The notes under the pieces are model-generated. The model saw nothing but the letters and a program-made list of their open reading frames with translations. It had not been told where the DNA came from and ran no database searches. A stretch of DNA of 45,337 nucleotides from Corallococcus sp. bb12-1 (GTDB taxonomy: Bacteria; Myxococcota; Myxococcia; Myxococcales; Myxococcaceae), in NCBI RefSeq assembly GCF_026626765.1, contig NZ_JAPNJZ010000012.1, forward strand, positions 269,012 to 314,348, in the 5' to 3' direction. Position numbers and translations under genes: made by a program. Below are positions 37,101 through 45,337 of this stretch, in pieces (positions within the stretch are counted from its first letter, which is position 1; each line of letters begins with the position of its first letter).

Positions 37101-39342
37101 GCCACTCCAGGACGCCGTCGTCCAGCTCCGCCATCGCGTCCACGACCCGCGCGAGCGTCTGGATCATCACGGGCGACAAAGGCCCTTCGAGCCCCAACAC
37201 GGGAGCGAGTCCTTCCGCGAACGCCAGTCCCTGATCCACCGCCGCCAGCGCGTGCTCCACCGCGTCGCGTGCCCGCACCACGGTGAGCAGCGGAGTGTCC
37301 GGGGTGAAGAGCCGCAGGCTGGTGTCCAGCACCGCCTCCGCGCCCTTCAGGGCCTCCACGGTCAGGTCCTCGCGGGAACGCCAACCGGCCTCCAGCCCCG
37401 CCCACTGCCGTTGCATCAACTCGACGGCATCCAGGAACGAGCGCAGGGCTTCGCGGTTCGCTGCCTCCAGGAGGGCGCACTGAAGGCCAGGACGTGGTGG
37501 GGTCGGGGGCTCGGGCAGCAGTCGCACCGCGCTCACGAGGGCGTCCGCCGCGAGGGCGCTGTTCCGTAAGGCCGTTCCCGTGAGCGGGGCCAGCGCCGCC
37601 AGGGACTGCTCCAGGCCCAGCGCGGCTTCCTTCCATGCGGTGGTCCGCTCGATGAGCGCCTGGCAATCCCCAGCACTCAGGCTGGGATTCCTGATTCCGG
37701 ACCAGGGATGTTCGGAGGGCAGGGGCGCGACGCGGAGGATGTCCTTGAACTGAGCCGCGAGTCCCCGGAGCGCCTCGTGCACCTCCTCCAGGGTCGAGGG
37801 AGAAACGCTCGCGGCCGCCTCGATGCGCACGTCCTTGAGCGCCGCGATGTCATCTCCCAGCTCCGTTTCGGCCCGGCCCACCCTCCAGAAGATGTCGTGC
37901 GGCGTCAGCCCCAGGCCTCCCTGGACCGAATGCAGTCGTTCGGTGTGCGCGCGCAGGATGCCCATGGCATGCGTGACCTGGGCGCCCAGGGAGCCTGTCG
38001 CGACCGGCGTGGGCCGTTGTTTCAGCCGTCTGCGCAGGTCCTCCATGAACTGCTGCTTCTGGGTCTTGTGGCTGTGCAGCTCCAGGCAGAAGTCGCCCAG
38101 CCCTGCCTGCTGGAGCCGTCGGGAGACGACCTCCAGGGCGGCCATCTTCTGGGTGACGAACAGCACCGTCTTGCCCGCGGCCAGCGCCGCGCCAATGAGG
38201 TTGGTGATGGTCTGGGACTTCCCCGTGCCCGGTGGGCCCTGGACCACCAGACTTTCGCCCCGCAGCACGTCCACCAGCACGCTGTGCTGGCTGCTGTCCG
38301 CGTCCGTGATGAGCGGAGGGATTTCCGGCGCGAGTGCCGGTGAGTCCAGGTCATAGACATCGCTCCGGCGCTCCGCGATGGCTGGTAAACGCCCGCTCGC
38401 GGACTCCTTCTCCTGTCTGGCACCCAGCAGGGTTCGGACCTGGGGGCTGGCCAGCAGGGGGCTCGCTTCGGGCCATCGACCCGGCTCCAGGTCCCGCCAC
38501 ATGAGCAGCCGTCCAAAGGACAGCAACGTCAGGGTGACCTGCCGCTCCAGTTTCCACCCAGGACGCAAGTCCGCCAGGAGCGTGCTCACCTTCGCGAAGT
38601 ACGCCTCCAGCCCTTCGTCCGCATCGAAGGGGGGCAGGGTGATGCCGAACTCCTGCCGCAACTTCTCCTGGAGCGTGAGGTTGAGTTCGATGGACTCTCC
38701 CTCGTTGTAGTCCACCTCGTAGGCGTGGACCTGCGTCCTCGCATCGGGTGCGTTGCGCCGGAGGCTGACAGGCATCAGCACCAGGGGCGCGCTGCGCGGT
38801 TTCTCCCGCGCGACATCCCCGGGCTCGTACCAGCGCAGGAATCCGAAGACGAGGTGGAGCAGGTTCGCTCCCGTCTCCTGGATGGCGGTCTGCGCGAGTC
38901 CCTGCAATTGACGCAGCTGGGACTCCAGCTCCTCCGGAAAGTAGAGCGTCTGGACGTGGCGGTCCTGGTGCTTGCGCGGACCGGCCGCGCTGTCCGTCGA
39001 GGCCAGAGGCAGTTCGAAGCGGGTGTCGATGCCCAGCCGTTCGGCCTCCTGGGTCGCCAGCCGTTGCCGGGACACGGGGGGCGCGATGGTCTCCATCGTG
39101 AACACGCCGGGGCGGGGCTCCTTCGCGGGAGCTTCGCGTTCGGGCTCAGGCACTGGCAGGAACGTGAGCGCGCGATGGTTGCTCAGTCGCTCGAAGATGA
39201 CGCCGGGGAGTTCATCCACCAGCCGCAGCGATGTCCTCGCGGTGTGCCGGAAGTGGAGGAGCCGGTTGGATGCACTCAGGTCCAGGAGCCGCGTGCGCTG
39301 CCGTTCAAGCTCCTTCAGCAGGACCGGATCTTGCGGAGTCAT
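34159..39342 (-). CDS. Large (1727 aa) DUF4011/Upf1-like SF1 helicase fused to DUF3320 and a C-terminal DUF559 (Vsr-like) endonuclease domain. Hhe-like defence helicase-nuclease.
   Basis: N-terminal LLDLSASNRLLHF (DUF4011-type). Walker A GPPGTGKSQT, motif II DLVVMDEASQL, VVVGDPEQLPP, motif VI GYRRLNVLFTRAR. C-terminus YILGVECDGERYHSSRSARDRDRLRDQVLTGLGWRLHRIWSTDWF (DUF559/Vsr fold). Strong RBS GGGGAGGGG. Confidence 0.8.
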   Translation of the reverse strand: MTPQDPVLLKELERQRTRLLDLSASNRLLHFRHTARTSLRLVDELPGVIFERLSNHRALTFLPVPEPEREAPAKEPRPGVFTMETIAPPVSRQRLATQEAERLGIDTRFELPLASTDSAAGPRKHQDRHVQTLYFPEELESQLRQLQGLAQTAIQETGANLLHLVFGFLRWYEPGDVAREKPRSAPLVLMPVSLRRNAPDARTQVHAYEVDYNEGESIELNLTLQEKLRQEFGITLPPFDADEGLEAYFAKVSTLLADLRPGWKLERQVTLTLLSFGRLLMWRDLEPGRWPEASPLLASPQVRTLLGARQEKESASGRLPAIAERRSDVYDLDSPALAPEIPPLITDADSSQHSVLVDVLRGESLVVQGPPGTGKSQTITNLIGAALAAGKTVLFVTQKMAALEVVSRRLQQAGLGDFCLELHSHKTQKQQFMEDLRRRLKQRPTPVATGSLGAQVTHAMGILRAHTERLHSVQGGLGLTPHDIFWRVGRAETELGDDIAALKDVRIEAAASVSPSTLEEVHEALRGLAAQFKDILRVAPLPSEHPWSGIRNPSLSAGDCQALIERTTAWKEAALGLEQSLAALAPLTGTALRNSALAADALVSAVRLLPEPPTPPRPGLQCALLEAANREALRSFLDAVELMQRQWAGLEAGWRSREDLTVEALKGAEAVLDTSLRLFTPDTPLLTVVRARDAVEHALAAVDQGLAFAEGLAPVLGLEGPLSPVMIQTLARVVDAMAELDDGVLEWRDACWVTPAAEELLRSAARTRDDLDEQSRALAVRFMPELVPCLETLKAHAVAVSTAPFIPWLSRGWRFARRDFQAMAHGLRPTRPLLILGYNDLLAHHAARERFHADASLRELLGERFQGTATRFDRLLAWVEVWRKVEALLRPMGASVEPLARMALELPANRWREAIAKASVQGDAHLQARNVSDAVQEAATRMHLRKSSWNTNPASQVKSSLGALRVHLGEVLDQARRAAAPPSLSLVQFQAQVRTVREACEAAERLKDHTVASALLGAESQGRKTLTAGPRALARYVDDVLAAPLPEGFADWLLREDTARRHAGLVARSRDVEARLRDYRDATVRAQELGRMEPGTWEDAASEAPLTATMRRLHRALERASTLPAWAAYQRHRHAVTRLRSTTAFLERIDARPALATKLLAAFDAVFFRSLAESVLREQPELDQFTGAVHAAQREDFARLDAQLIGQQGPNLAHQLSRRPVPQGVHSQKVAGLTEVQLIQHELGKKQRHVSIRELVQRAGSALQALMPCFMMGPQSVSQYLPPGHLRFDLVVMDEASQLRPEDALGAIARGSQLVVVGDPEQLPPTSFFAQLERDDEDTGEEVTDPEEARGPSLLDESESILVAAARRFPMRMLRWHYRSRHPALISFSNREFYNGDLIVFPAPGQHMEGLGVRFVRVENGLYESNRNEPEARAVVEAVRQHAHTRPEQSLLVVTLNSKQRELIDTLVLAEEKKDARLAAFLASWAKTPNPFDVKNLENVQGDERDAIFVSVTFGKDRDGRFRQNFGPINQADGYRRLNVLFTRARSALTVFASFEPSDLKVQESSPRGMRVLQRYLFEAQGALVAHGVGSGRPPDSDFEVAVAKALAAHQYEVVPQVGVAGYFIDLAIRHPRHPGRYILGVECDGERYHSSRSARDRDRLRDQVLTGLGWRLHRIWSTDWFRSPAEEVARIVARIDTLLREEDTAERPKVVRNDPPAEGQMRSLSA

Positions 39343-39443
39343 CGGTGGGTGCCCCTCCCCGGGTCGTCACGCGAAGGGCGACCTGGCACTCCGGGTTCTG
39401 ACGCATCCGGCGCGGCGGGGGCATCCCCCGTGAGGGGTATGGA

Positions 39444-39467
39444 CACGCCACGGAATTCAGCGTGGCG
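39444..39467. promoter_or_regulatory. Perfect 8-bp inverted repeat (with a gaattcag loop) in the 143-nt gap upstream of the helicase-nuclease gene. Candidate operator or terminator of the preceding small ORF.
   Basis: acgccacg-gaattcag-cgtggcgt. Confidence 0.3.
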
Positions 39468-39485
39468 TCGTCCGGGGCGGAGGAC

Positions 39486-39950
39486 TCAATCGCAGTTGTC
39501 GAACACCAGGATGCCTGGACCGTATGGGGTCAGCACGGGGACCCACGCCTCGGTGACTTCATCCAGGCGCTCCCGGTCCAGAGCCAGATGGAGCCTTTCG
39601 TCCGAGTTTTCATGAAGTTGTGTGCGCCACATCGGAACGCGGCTGACGAGTGCGGCCAGGTGCTCGAAACGCCAGGCACTCCAGTCCTCACGGACGTAGG
39701 GGTTGCCGCCGAACTCCTTCGCGAAGAAGGCGATGAGCGCCTTCTCCACGTCGAACAATTCGTCGACTTCGGGATCCGGGCTCGTATCGGTTGAATGAAG
39801 CAGCACGAGGAAGCCCTCCGCCGTTCGCTCACTGTTCCGGAGCCCGTCGCACTGGTGCCCATACACGACGCCCGTAGGGGCCTGAACGATGACGGCGAGT
39901 CCAAACGGCCGGCTGCCATCCGGGTTCAAGAAGACATAGTGGGGCGTCAT
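39486..39950 (-). CDS. Hypothetical protein (154 aa), first gene of the candidate defence cluster.
   Basis: ORF with RBS GAGGAGAGAG upstream of the ATG. Codon usage resembles that of its neighbours. No recognisable domain. Confidence 0.45.
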   Translation of the reverse strand: MTPHYVFLNPDGSRPFGLAVIVQAPTGVVYGHQCDGLRNSERTAEGFLVLLHSTDTSPDPEVDELFDVEKALIAFFAKEFGGNPYVREDWSAWRFEHLAALVSRVPMWRTQLHENSDERLHLALDRERLDEVTEAWVPVLTPYGPGILVFDNCD

Positions 39951-39987
39951 GGCTCTCTCCTCGTAGCACCTCCGAACTCACGAAATT

Positions 39988-40025
39988 CGCCGCCTCGCTT
40001 CCGGAAGCTCCGGAGGCGGGCGGCG
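39988..40025 (-). terminator. Imperfect GC-rich hairpin downstream of the ABC-F gene. It includes the palindrome cttccggaag. Weak terminator candidate.
   Basis: cgccgcctcgcttccggaagctccggaggcgggcggcg. Only a short U-run (AAUUUCG) follows on the minus strand. Confidence 0.25.
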
Positions 40026-40049
40026 ATGGGAACTCCGCTTGCGCGTGGC

Positions 40050-41648
40050 CTACCGGCGCTTCATGGCCGCGTCCGCGTGCTTCTCGCGGAACTCGGCGTA
40101 GGGGCCGTTGAAGTCGAGCACTTCCTTGCCCGCCTCCATGCTCCAGATGCGCGTCGCGACCTCGGAGATGAGCTCCTGGTCGTGCGTGACGACGATGACC
40201 GTGCCCTCGAACTTCTGGAGGCCTTCGGCCAGCGCCGCGATGGACTCCAGGTCCAGGTGGTTCGTCGGCTCATCGAGGATGAGCATGTTGTCCTGGGTAA
40301 TCATCAGCTTCGACAGGAGCACGCGCACCGTCTCACCACCGGAGAGCGTGTCCGTGTTCTTCATCCGCTCTTCACCGGAGAACAGCATCCGACCCAGCAC
40401 GCCGGAGATCTCCTCGTTCGTCAGCTTCTCGCTGATCTCCCGCAGGTAGCCGAAGCAGGTCGTGCCCTTGTAGATGACGCCGTGGTGGTCCTGCGGCAGG
40501 TAGCCCACCGACGCCTGGTGGCCCCAGGTGATGGTGCCCGCGTCCGGCTCCGTCTTTCCGGCCAGCATCTTCACCAGCGTGGACTTGCCCACGGCGTTGC
40601 GGCCGATGACGCAGATGCGCTCGCCCTTGCAGACGAGCCCCGTGAACGGCTTGATGACCTGCACGCCGTCGTAGGACTTCTTCAGGCCCTCGAACATCAG
40701 CGTCTGCCGGCCGCTGACCACCTTCTGATCAAACCGGATGAAGGGCCGCGCGATGTTCGAGCGCTTCAGGTCCTCCGTCTTCAGCTTGTCGATCTGCTTG
40801 ATGCGGCTCTGCACCTGCGAGGCGCGCGTGCCGGCGTGGAAGCGCGCCACGAAGTCCTGCAACTGGAGGATCTTCTTCTTCTTCTCTTCCGTCTCCGACT
40901 CCACCCGGGTCCGCAGCTGCGACTTCTGCCGGACCATGTCGTCGTAACCACCCGTGTACTGGATGATGGTCTCGTAATCGATGTCCGCGATGTGCGTGCA
41001 GATGGAGTTCAGGAAGTGCCGGTCGTGGCTGATGGTGATCAGCACGCCCTCGTACTGGTGGAGGAAGGTCTCCAGCCAGCGGATGGAATCGATGTCCAGG
41101 TTGTTCGTGGGCTCGTCGAGCAGCAGTCCGTCCGGCTTGCCGAACAGCGCCTGCGCGAGCAACACGCGCAGCTTCAGGCCGCCCGTCAGCTGGCGCATGG
41201 GCTCTTCGTGGAACGCCACGTCGATGCCAAGGCCCGCCAGCAGCGTGGCCGCGTCGCTCTCCGCGGAGTAGCCGTCCTCTTCCGCGATGACGCCTTCCAG
41301 CTCACCCAGCCGGTTACCGTCCTCCTCGGTGATGTCGGACTTGGCGAGCAGCTTGTTCTTCTCGTCCATCGCCGCCCACAGGTGGCGGTTGCCCATCAGC
41401 ACCACGTCCAGGACGCGGTCGTTCTCATAGCGGAAGTGGTCCTGGCGCAGGATGCCCAGCTTGCGGGGGCGGATGATGTCGCCCATGTCCTGCTCCTCGT
41501 CACCGGCGAGGATCTTCATGAAGGTGGACTTGCCGGCCCCGTTTGGACCGGTCAGGCCGTAGCGACGGCCCGGCGAGAAGGTGACGTTGACCTCCTCGAA
41601 AAGCTTCTTGGGCCCATAGGCCTTGGAGACGTTGATGACGTTGAACAT
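40050..41648 (-). CDS. ABC-F family ATPase (EttA/YbiT-like translation factor).
   Basis: Two ABC cassettes without TM domains: Walker A GPNGAGKST and GRNAVGKST; signatures LTGGLKLRVLLAQAL and LSGGETVRVLL; an inter-domain linker with a charged KKKK segment. Confidence 0.85.
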   Translation of the reverse strand: MFNVINVSKAYGPKKLFEEVNVTFSPGRRYGLTGPNGAGKSTFMKILAGDEEQDMGDIIRPRKLGILRQDHFRYENDRVLDVVLMGNRHLWAAMDEKNKLLAKSDITEEDGNRLGELEGVIAEEDGYSAESDAATLLAGLGIDVAFHEEPMRQLTGGLKLRVLLAQALFGKPDGLLLDEPTNNLDIDSIRWLETFLHQYEGVLITISHDRHFLNSICTHIADIDYETIIQYTGGYDDMVRQKSQLRTRVESETEEKKKKILQLQDFVARFHAGTRASQVQSRIKQIDKLKTEDLKRSNIARPFIRFDQKVVSGRQTLMFEGLKKSYDGVQVIKPFTGLVCKGERICVIGRNAVGKSTLVKMLAGKTEPDAGTITWGHQASVGYLPQDHHGVIYKGTTCFGYLREISEKLTNEEISGVLGRMLFSGEERMKNTDTLSGGETVRVLLSKLMITQDNMLILDEPTNHLDLESIAALAEGLQKFEGTVIVVTHDQELISEVATRIWSMEAGKEVLDFNGPYAEFREKHADAAMKRR

Positions 41649-41824
41649 GGCGGCGGCTTGTAGCGGAAATGGCGCGTCCACCAAAGACGCGCGGTGAATC
41701 GGAGCCCGGCGGCGTGCCGGAGGACCCAATGTAACCGCCGACACGCCCCGGAAATGCCGGCTTCCCGTCCCGTTTCCAGCCCGCTGGGTCCCGGTGACGG
41801 CCCCCAGCCCCCCGGTTCAGGTAG

Positions 41825-43108
<1,284 letters not shown>

Positions 43109-43255
43109 AACCCGGCGGGTTCGCGGGCGCGTGGTTCGTCGCCCGCCCACCGGCCGGGATGTCTCGCATGGGGCAGGGATGCGCGGTGGGGTGGGACCTG
43201 ACGGGTTAGCCTGCGGGACCCCGGGCGCAGAAGGTGGCCCGGCTCCCACCGTCGC

Positions 43256-44446
43256 ATGGACCCCCGCGTCGCAAACCTCCTGAGCCACGTTCGCGCGCAG
43301 GCCGAGAACCGGCCCGGCGTGTACCGCATGTCCGGTCCCTCGGGCGAGCTGCTCTACGTGGGCAAGTCCGTGCGGGTGCGCACGCGGCTGTTGTCGTACT
43401 TCCGCGCGGACGAGGGCGAGAAGGCGGCGGAGATCATCGCGCAGGCGCACCGGGTGGAATGGGAGTACACGGCCAGCGAGTTCGCGGCGCTGCTGCACGA
43501 GTTCCGGCTCATCAAGAGCCACCGGCCGCTCTACAACGTGGAGCACAAGAAGGACCGCGCGCACTGCTTCCTGCAACTCACACGGGAGGCCGTGCCCCGG
43601 CTGCGCGTCGTGGGCCAGCCCGGTGGCAGCGGGAGCGCGGAGTACTTCGGGCCCTTCCACGGCCGGCACACCATGGCGGACGTGGTGCGCGCCGTGAACG
43701 ACCTGCTGGAGCTGCGCGACTGTCCCTCCGACACGCCGATGCGGCTGGCGGATCAGTTCCAGCTCTTCCCCATGAAGGACGACCCCCGGTGCATGCGAGG
43801 GCAGACGGCGCGGTGCCTCTCTCCGTGCGCGGCCGGGTGCACGCAGGCGGAGTACCTGGAGCGCGTCTCGTTGGCGCGGGCGTTCCTGAACGGGGAATCA
43901 GACCGGCCGCTGGTCATCCTGCGCGAGCGCATGGCGATGGCGGCGCGGCGGCTCCAGTTCGAATACGCGGCGGAGTTGCGCGACCGCGCCGAGCGGCTGG
44001 AGAACGTGCGGGCGTGGATCGTCGAGCTGGGCCGGACGTTGCGGCGCCTGTCGTTGGTCTACACGGTGCGGGGACAGCTCGGGGGCGAGGACCGGACCTA
44101 CGTGCTGCGCCGGGGACGGATTCGCGCGGAGGTTCCGACGCCCCAGACGCCGGAGGAACAGACGGCGCTGGATGCGCGGGTGCGGGACATCTTCGCGCTG
44201 CCGGAGCCGGAAGCGATTGGCCTTCGGGCGCAGGAGGCGCAGGAGGTGATGCTCATCGCGAAGTGGTTCCGCCTGCATCCCGAGGAGTTGGAGGGCACGG
44301 TGCCTGCTTCGGCGCGCACCGGCACCGGCGAGGCCTCCGAGGAAGTCGCGGAGGCTCGGGTCGCGCTGGCTCGGACGCTGGATCGCACCGTGGAGGGGCC
44401 GGGTGGAGGGGAAGAGGGGGCGGTTGTTGAAGACAGTGCCGTCTAG
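43256..44446 (+). CDS. UvrC N-terminal-half homolog (GIY-YIG nuclease plus UVR domain), Cho-like.
   Basis: GIY-YIG: GVYRMSGPSGELLYVGKS...EWEY. Cys cluster CMRGQTARCLSPCAAGC. UVR-like helix pair LQFEYAAELRDRAERLENV. The C-terminal RNaseH/HhH half of UvrC is absent. Confidence 0.7.
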   Translation: MDPRVANLLSHVRAQAENRPGVYRMSGPSGELLYVGKSVRVRTRLLSYFRADEGEKAAEIIAQAHRVEWEYTASEFAALLHEFRLIKSHRPLYNVEHKKDRAHCFLQLTREAVPRLRVVGQPGGSGSAEYFGPFHGRHTMADVVRAVNDLLELRDCPSDTPMRLADQFQLFPMKDDPRCMRGQTARCLSPCAAGCTQAEYLERVSLARAFLNGESDRPLVILRERMAMAARRLQFEYAAELRDRAERLENVRAWIVELGRTLRRLSLVYTVRGQLGGEDRTYVLRRGRIRAEVPTPQTPEEQTALDARVRDIFALPEPEAIGLRAQEAQEVMLIAKWFRLHPEELEGTVPASARTGTGEASEEVAEARVALARTLDRTVEGPGGGEEGAVVEDSAV

Positions 44447-44621
44447 CGCAGTTGGTACAGCTCGCCCGCGAGCATCTTCTTTTTCTCTGTCCGTCTCATG
44501 CCGGGAAGGTGGTCATGCGCCGCGAACCCCGTTCCCCGTGGGGAGGCAGGGGCTGGTGTTGAACAACCGGCGCGCAAGGCGCGGGCGGACCGGATGACAC
44601 CGGACCGGGGGGCCGGCGAGG

Positions 44622-45337
44622 ATGACGGACATGAGGATGGAACCGGTCGAGGAAACGCTGGAGCGCATCCGTCGCGAGGTGGCGCGGACGCCGGACGGCG
44701 TGCTGGCCTTCGATGGGGACGGCACGCTGTGGAGCGGAGATGTGGGGGACGACCTGTTCCTCGCCCTGCTGGAGCACGGCGGCGTGCGGCCCGAAGCCCG
44801 GGGGGCGCTGGAGCGGCTGGGAGCCCGGCATGGCGTGGAGTCGCATCCGGATGCGGTGACGCTGGCGCGCGGCCTGTTCAAGGCCTTCGAGGCCGGACGG
44901 CTGCCAGAGAAGGACACCTACGAGATGATGGCGTGGGTGTTCGCCGGCTGGCAGGCGGATGAAGTGCGCGGCTTCGCCCGCGAGGTGGTGGCGCGGCGGG
45001 GCGTGGCCGGGCGCATCCATCCGGAGGCCCGCCGGGTGGTGGAGTGGGCGCGGAGCCAGGGCGTGGACTGCTACGTCGTCAGCGCGTCTCCGCGCGCGGT
45101 GGTGGAGGCCGCGGTGCGCGAGGTGGGCCTGACGGCGGAGTTCGTGCTGGCGTGCACTCCGAGAGAGGAGAACGGACGCCTGCAGACGTCCGTCTTCGAG
45201 CCCGTGCCCTACGGCCCCGGCAAGGTGAACTGCCTGAGGCAGGCCACGGACCGGCCGCTCTACGCCGCCTTCGGGGACAACGTGTTCGATCTGGATCTGC
45301 TCGCGGCTGCGCGAGTCCCGGTGGCCATCCGGCCCTA
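44622..45337 (+). CDS. HAD-IB family hydrolase (phosphoserine-phosphatase-like). Partial: the 3' end lies beyond the window.
   Basis: HAD motif I FDGDGTLW. Open reading frame to the window end with no stop. AFGDNVFDLDLL is a motif IV-like region. The start is ambiguous among the ATGs at 44622, 44631 and 44637. Confidence 0.6.
   Translation, partial: MTDMRMEPVEETLERIRREVARTPDGVLAFDGDGTLWSGDVGDDLFLALLEHGGVRPEARGALERLGARHGVESHPDAVTLARGLFKAFEAGRLPEKDTYEMMAWVFAGWQADEVRGFAREVVARRGVAGRIHPEARRVVEWARSQGVDCYVVSASPRAVVEAAVREVGLTAEFVLACTPREENGRLQTSVFEPVPYGPGKVNCLRQATDRPLYAAFGDNVFDLDLLAAARVPVAIRP

Noticed and set aside
39998-40007. The perfect palindrome cttccggaag downstream of the ABC-F gene, as a possible restriction/modification or regulator site.
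   Set aside because: It is too short and isolated to interpret. It is more parsimoniously part of the imperfect terminator-like hairpin.
44498-44962. A 154-aa plus-strand ORF (MPGRWSCAANPVP...) overlapping the start of the HAD hydrolase gene in another frame.
   Set aside because: It is Arg/Gly/Ala-rich with no motifs. The overlapping frame encodes a clear HAD motif I (FDGDGTLW) and runs open to the end of the window.

Overview
High-GC bacterial chromosome segment. The gene content and codon bias fit Myxococcota (Myxococcus/Corallococcus-like). This taxonomic assignment is an inference with no database check. About 40 genes are densely packed.

Left end: housekeeping genes (partial LOG-family gene, rhomboid protease, nadB, a lytic transglycosylase, a TPR protein, pgsA) and a tRNA-Gly(GCC) with an intrinsic terminator.

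A large LPS O-antigen/glycan assembly region follows. It contains an ABC-transporter-dependent export pair (wzm, and wzt with a C-terminal glycan-binding domain), several GT2 glycosyltransferases including a tandem pair of two-domain paralogs, and a 1193-aa methyltransferase/coiled-coil/GT/GT fusion protein. A minus-strand module encodes a polyprenyl-phosphate GT2 glycosyltransferase, DUF2304, a DUF2142 membrane protein, a SAM methyltransferase and a GT4. Then comes a dTDP-L-rhamnose operon (rmlB-rmlD-rmlA-rmlC).

The right part holds a YihY-family membrane protein, a cytochrome P460-like lipoprotein, a Cys-rich lipoprotein and a pentapeptide-repeat protein.

The most notable block is a roughly 8-kb minus-strand cluster at 31739-39950. 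By eye it looks lower in GC than the rest. It encodes a 1727-aa DUF4011/Upf1-like SF1 helicase fused to a C-terminal DUF559 (Vsr-like) endonuclease domain (Hhe-like), a membrane-anchored coiled-coil DUF4041/T5orf172 (GIY-YIG-like) protein, a translationally coupled wHTH/PD-(D/E)xK-like protein and a small orphan ORF. Together these look like a candidate, apparently undescribed, multi-gene anti-phage/defence island.

The window ends with an ABC-F ATPase, tgt, a UvrC N-terminal-half (Cho-like) gene and a partial HAD hydrolase. No CRISPR arrays, rRNA genes or transposase/integrase genes were seen. Many long ORFs on the strand opposite real genes are high-GC artefacts.
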